A stretch of 64,000 nucleotides of DNA from Octopus sinensis (Eukaryota): contig NC_043007.1 in NCBI RefSeq assembly GCF_006345805.1, positions 58,652,001 to 58,716,000 of the forward strand. Direction: 5' to 3'. The notes beneath the pieces are model-generated. The model saw only the letters and a program-made list of their open reading frames with translations, made no database searches and was not told where the DNA came from. Shown in pieces: positions 61,823 to 64,000 of the stretch. How positions within the stretch are numbered: the first letter of the stretch is position 1; each line of letters begins with the position of its first letter. Made by a program: the position numbers and the translations under genes.

Positions 61823-61895
61823 GATATTTTTGTATGCTGATACAAAGATTATGTTTACTTTTTATGTTAAAATGGATTCTATTATTTTTTGACAG

Positions 61896-63994
61896 CTTAT
61901 CCTCCCCGAGCAAGTGTTTCCTTTACTGACTCTGAGAGTTCATATAGTCAAGAGTCACAGATCTCGATTTCACAGGGTACCAGCAGTAACGAAAACGTGT
62001 CATCAAGTTGTGATGTACAGAAAGAAAGATCTGAAAATGTAACAATAAGAAATTTTAGCATCCAGAAAAATAAATCTGAAGGTATGTCAGCAACAAGTTG
62101 TGATGTTCAGGGAGTCGAGAGTGACAGTGTGATGTTACAAAGTCATGGCACCCCAAAAAACATATCTGAAGAAAGTACATCGCATTATACCAAACTGAGA
62201 GATATATCTAAAGATAAGATATCACAACATGGCAATACTTACAGAGAAATGTCTAGTGATATGACATCACAAAGCAGTAACAGCAAACAGGTTATGTCCA
62301 ACAACAAACTATCACAGCAGTATAACTTACATGAAGAAACCTTACAAAGTGTAACATCACATCATTGTAATAGCCAGAGTCACTCATCAGAAAATATGTC
62401 AGAAAATTCCATTCCATGTGAATTTATGTTGCCCACTATGGCAGCAAAACAGATAAGAGATAATATATCCCCAAAACATGTAATTGAATTAACTCTTATG
62501 TCACCAAAACCTATATCCAGTAACCAGGGTAACATGTCACCAAAATATACAGACAGTAATAAAGATATATTAACTATGAAATCACCAAGAGATAAAGAAG
62601 ACAAGGAAGAATTAATGTCTGATGTTCCATTAGAACACTCAGAAGTAAAATACAAAACCCCAGAAGGAAATGGAAATTATGTAAATTGCCATCAAATATC
62701 TCCAAACAATATTTGTACTAAAAACTACACAGAACAAAATGAAGTGAAAGAAATTACAAGTCAAAACCAAAGTAAAGTTCTTGATCAGAAAGAGGTCCCA
62801 GACAACCAAAGAGATACAAAGATTTATAAAGATCAACTAGTAAACCTCAGTCAAATTTTTGGGCCATTAAATTATTTTGGTGGTAATAGCAGTCAGACAG
62901 ATCCAGTTTCTATACAGCATGTCATGGAAAAGTCATTTGATTCTAAAGATTCCAATAAAAATATACCAGACACAAAGTTTAATGTTGATGATAAATCCTC
63001 TGATTGCATTAGTGATGGTAAAAGCAAAGCTATCGCATTACAAGATGGACCTCTTTCAAATAACAGTCACAGTTCTAGTTTTGATTATTCCGTTTGCAAG
63101 ATTACTGAGAAGAGTAAAAGAATATCTGAGACCTCTCCAAATATGAATAAGTCTGAAATTCAGAGTTCAGCATCAAGTGGTGTTACCAAAAGTTTTTCTC
63201 TTGCCATGAATAAAGAAGTGACTTCTATGCTCAGTGCTGATGAAGATAATAATAATACAACAAACGAAAGTTTGAAGAGTGAAACAAGTTGCTCTATCCC
63301 AGAAGCTAGTGCAGGAAGCAATAATACTGGGAACATCTGTTGCATGTCTAAAGAAATTCCATCTGATAAAACTATTTCTCCGTCAATTCCTGCTTCTCAA
63401 CTGGGTAAACGAAAACATGAAACAATAGCTTCTTGTGAAGATAATCACAAGAATGTTTGTGATATTCAGTCGGTAAATAATGTGGAGTCTTTTATTTCTC
63501 ATTCTGCTGTTTTAGAAAATTGCACTGTTGAAGAAAAGCCGGTTAATCATAATTCCCTTAAAAGTAAGCACAGGATAAATCTAGATTCTACAACTTCAGC
63601 ACAATCAACATCTGTAGATAGATCTCAGAACAATTCAAATAGGGAAATATTGTGCAAAAACAGGGCAGATAATCAACCAATAGAGAAAAGCTTGTCACAG
63701 ACCACTATAGTCATTAGCGACTCTCAAAATAGTGAGTGGGATCCAGATTGTGAGAATAAAAATTTAAGTGAAAGCCAAGAAACAATGCCACCAAGTCCCT
63801 TTTCAATATCTTCAAGTTCCGAGTCTTTGCTGTCACCAAAGATATTAGAGAGTATGTCATTGCTTCATAACAACTGTGATATTAATAATCTTCCTGTTAA
63901 CTACCACGATAATGTTACAAGTCCTCACAACTCATCTAGTCAGGATGAAGTCGTAATTATTGAGAAAAAAATCCCACGTTTTGTAATAGACTAA
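61896..63994 (+). CDS. DCLRE1C: Artemis last exon (exon 11): ~700-aa Ser/Asn/Thr-rich tail with 16 SQ motifs
   Basis: TTTTTTGACAG acceptor, phase 1; 2.1-kb open frame in AT-rich DNA; spliced CDS total 3255 nt = 1084 aa + stop. Confidence 0.88.
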
Positions 63995-64000
63995 TAAGGA

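Overview
Eukaryotic, AT-rich, repeat-dense genomic DNA. The SINE families, (TA)/(CA)/(CAT) microsatellites and RTE/Penelope relics look like an Octopus (coleoid cephalopod) genome; this is my inference, not a database result. Two host genes, both on the + strand: (1) an intronless mitochondrial monothiol glutaredoxin, GLRX5 (11337-11774); (2) a complete 11-exon Artemis/DCLRE1C gene (29862-63994). Its GT-AG, phase-consistent model gives 1084 aa, with metallo-beta-lactamase/beta-CASP motifs and a ~700-aa SQ-rich tail. The rest is mobile DNA: a near full-length, GC-rich CR1-clade LINE (22225-26800, -), two mariner copies, hAT, RTE, RTEX-like and Penelope relics, Helitron/MITE derivatives and many SINEs. 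Best leads: a candidate stop-containing cassette exon just before the last Artemis exon that encodes a peptide resembling the human Artemis-DNA ligase IV binding motif; a perfect 54-bp snap-back palindrome inside a dead RT in Artemis intron 1; and the flatworm-like character of the CR1 LINE. No tRNA, rRNA or CRISPR features are supported. Most short ORFs in the track are microsatellite or repeat artefacts. Repeat boundaries are approximate unless TIR/TSD coordinates are given.
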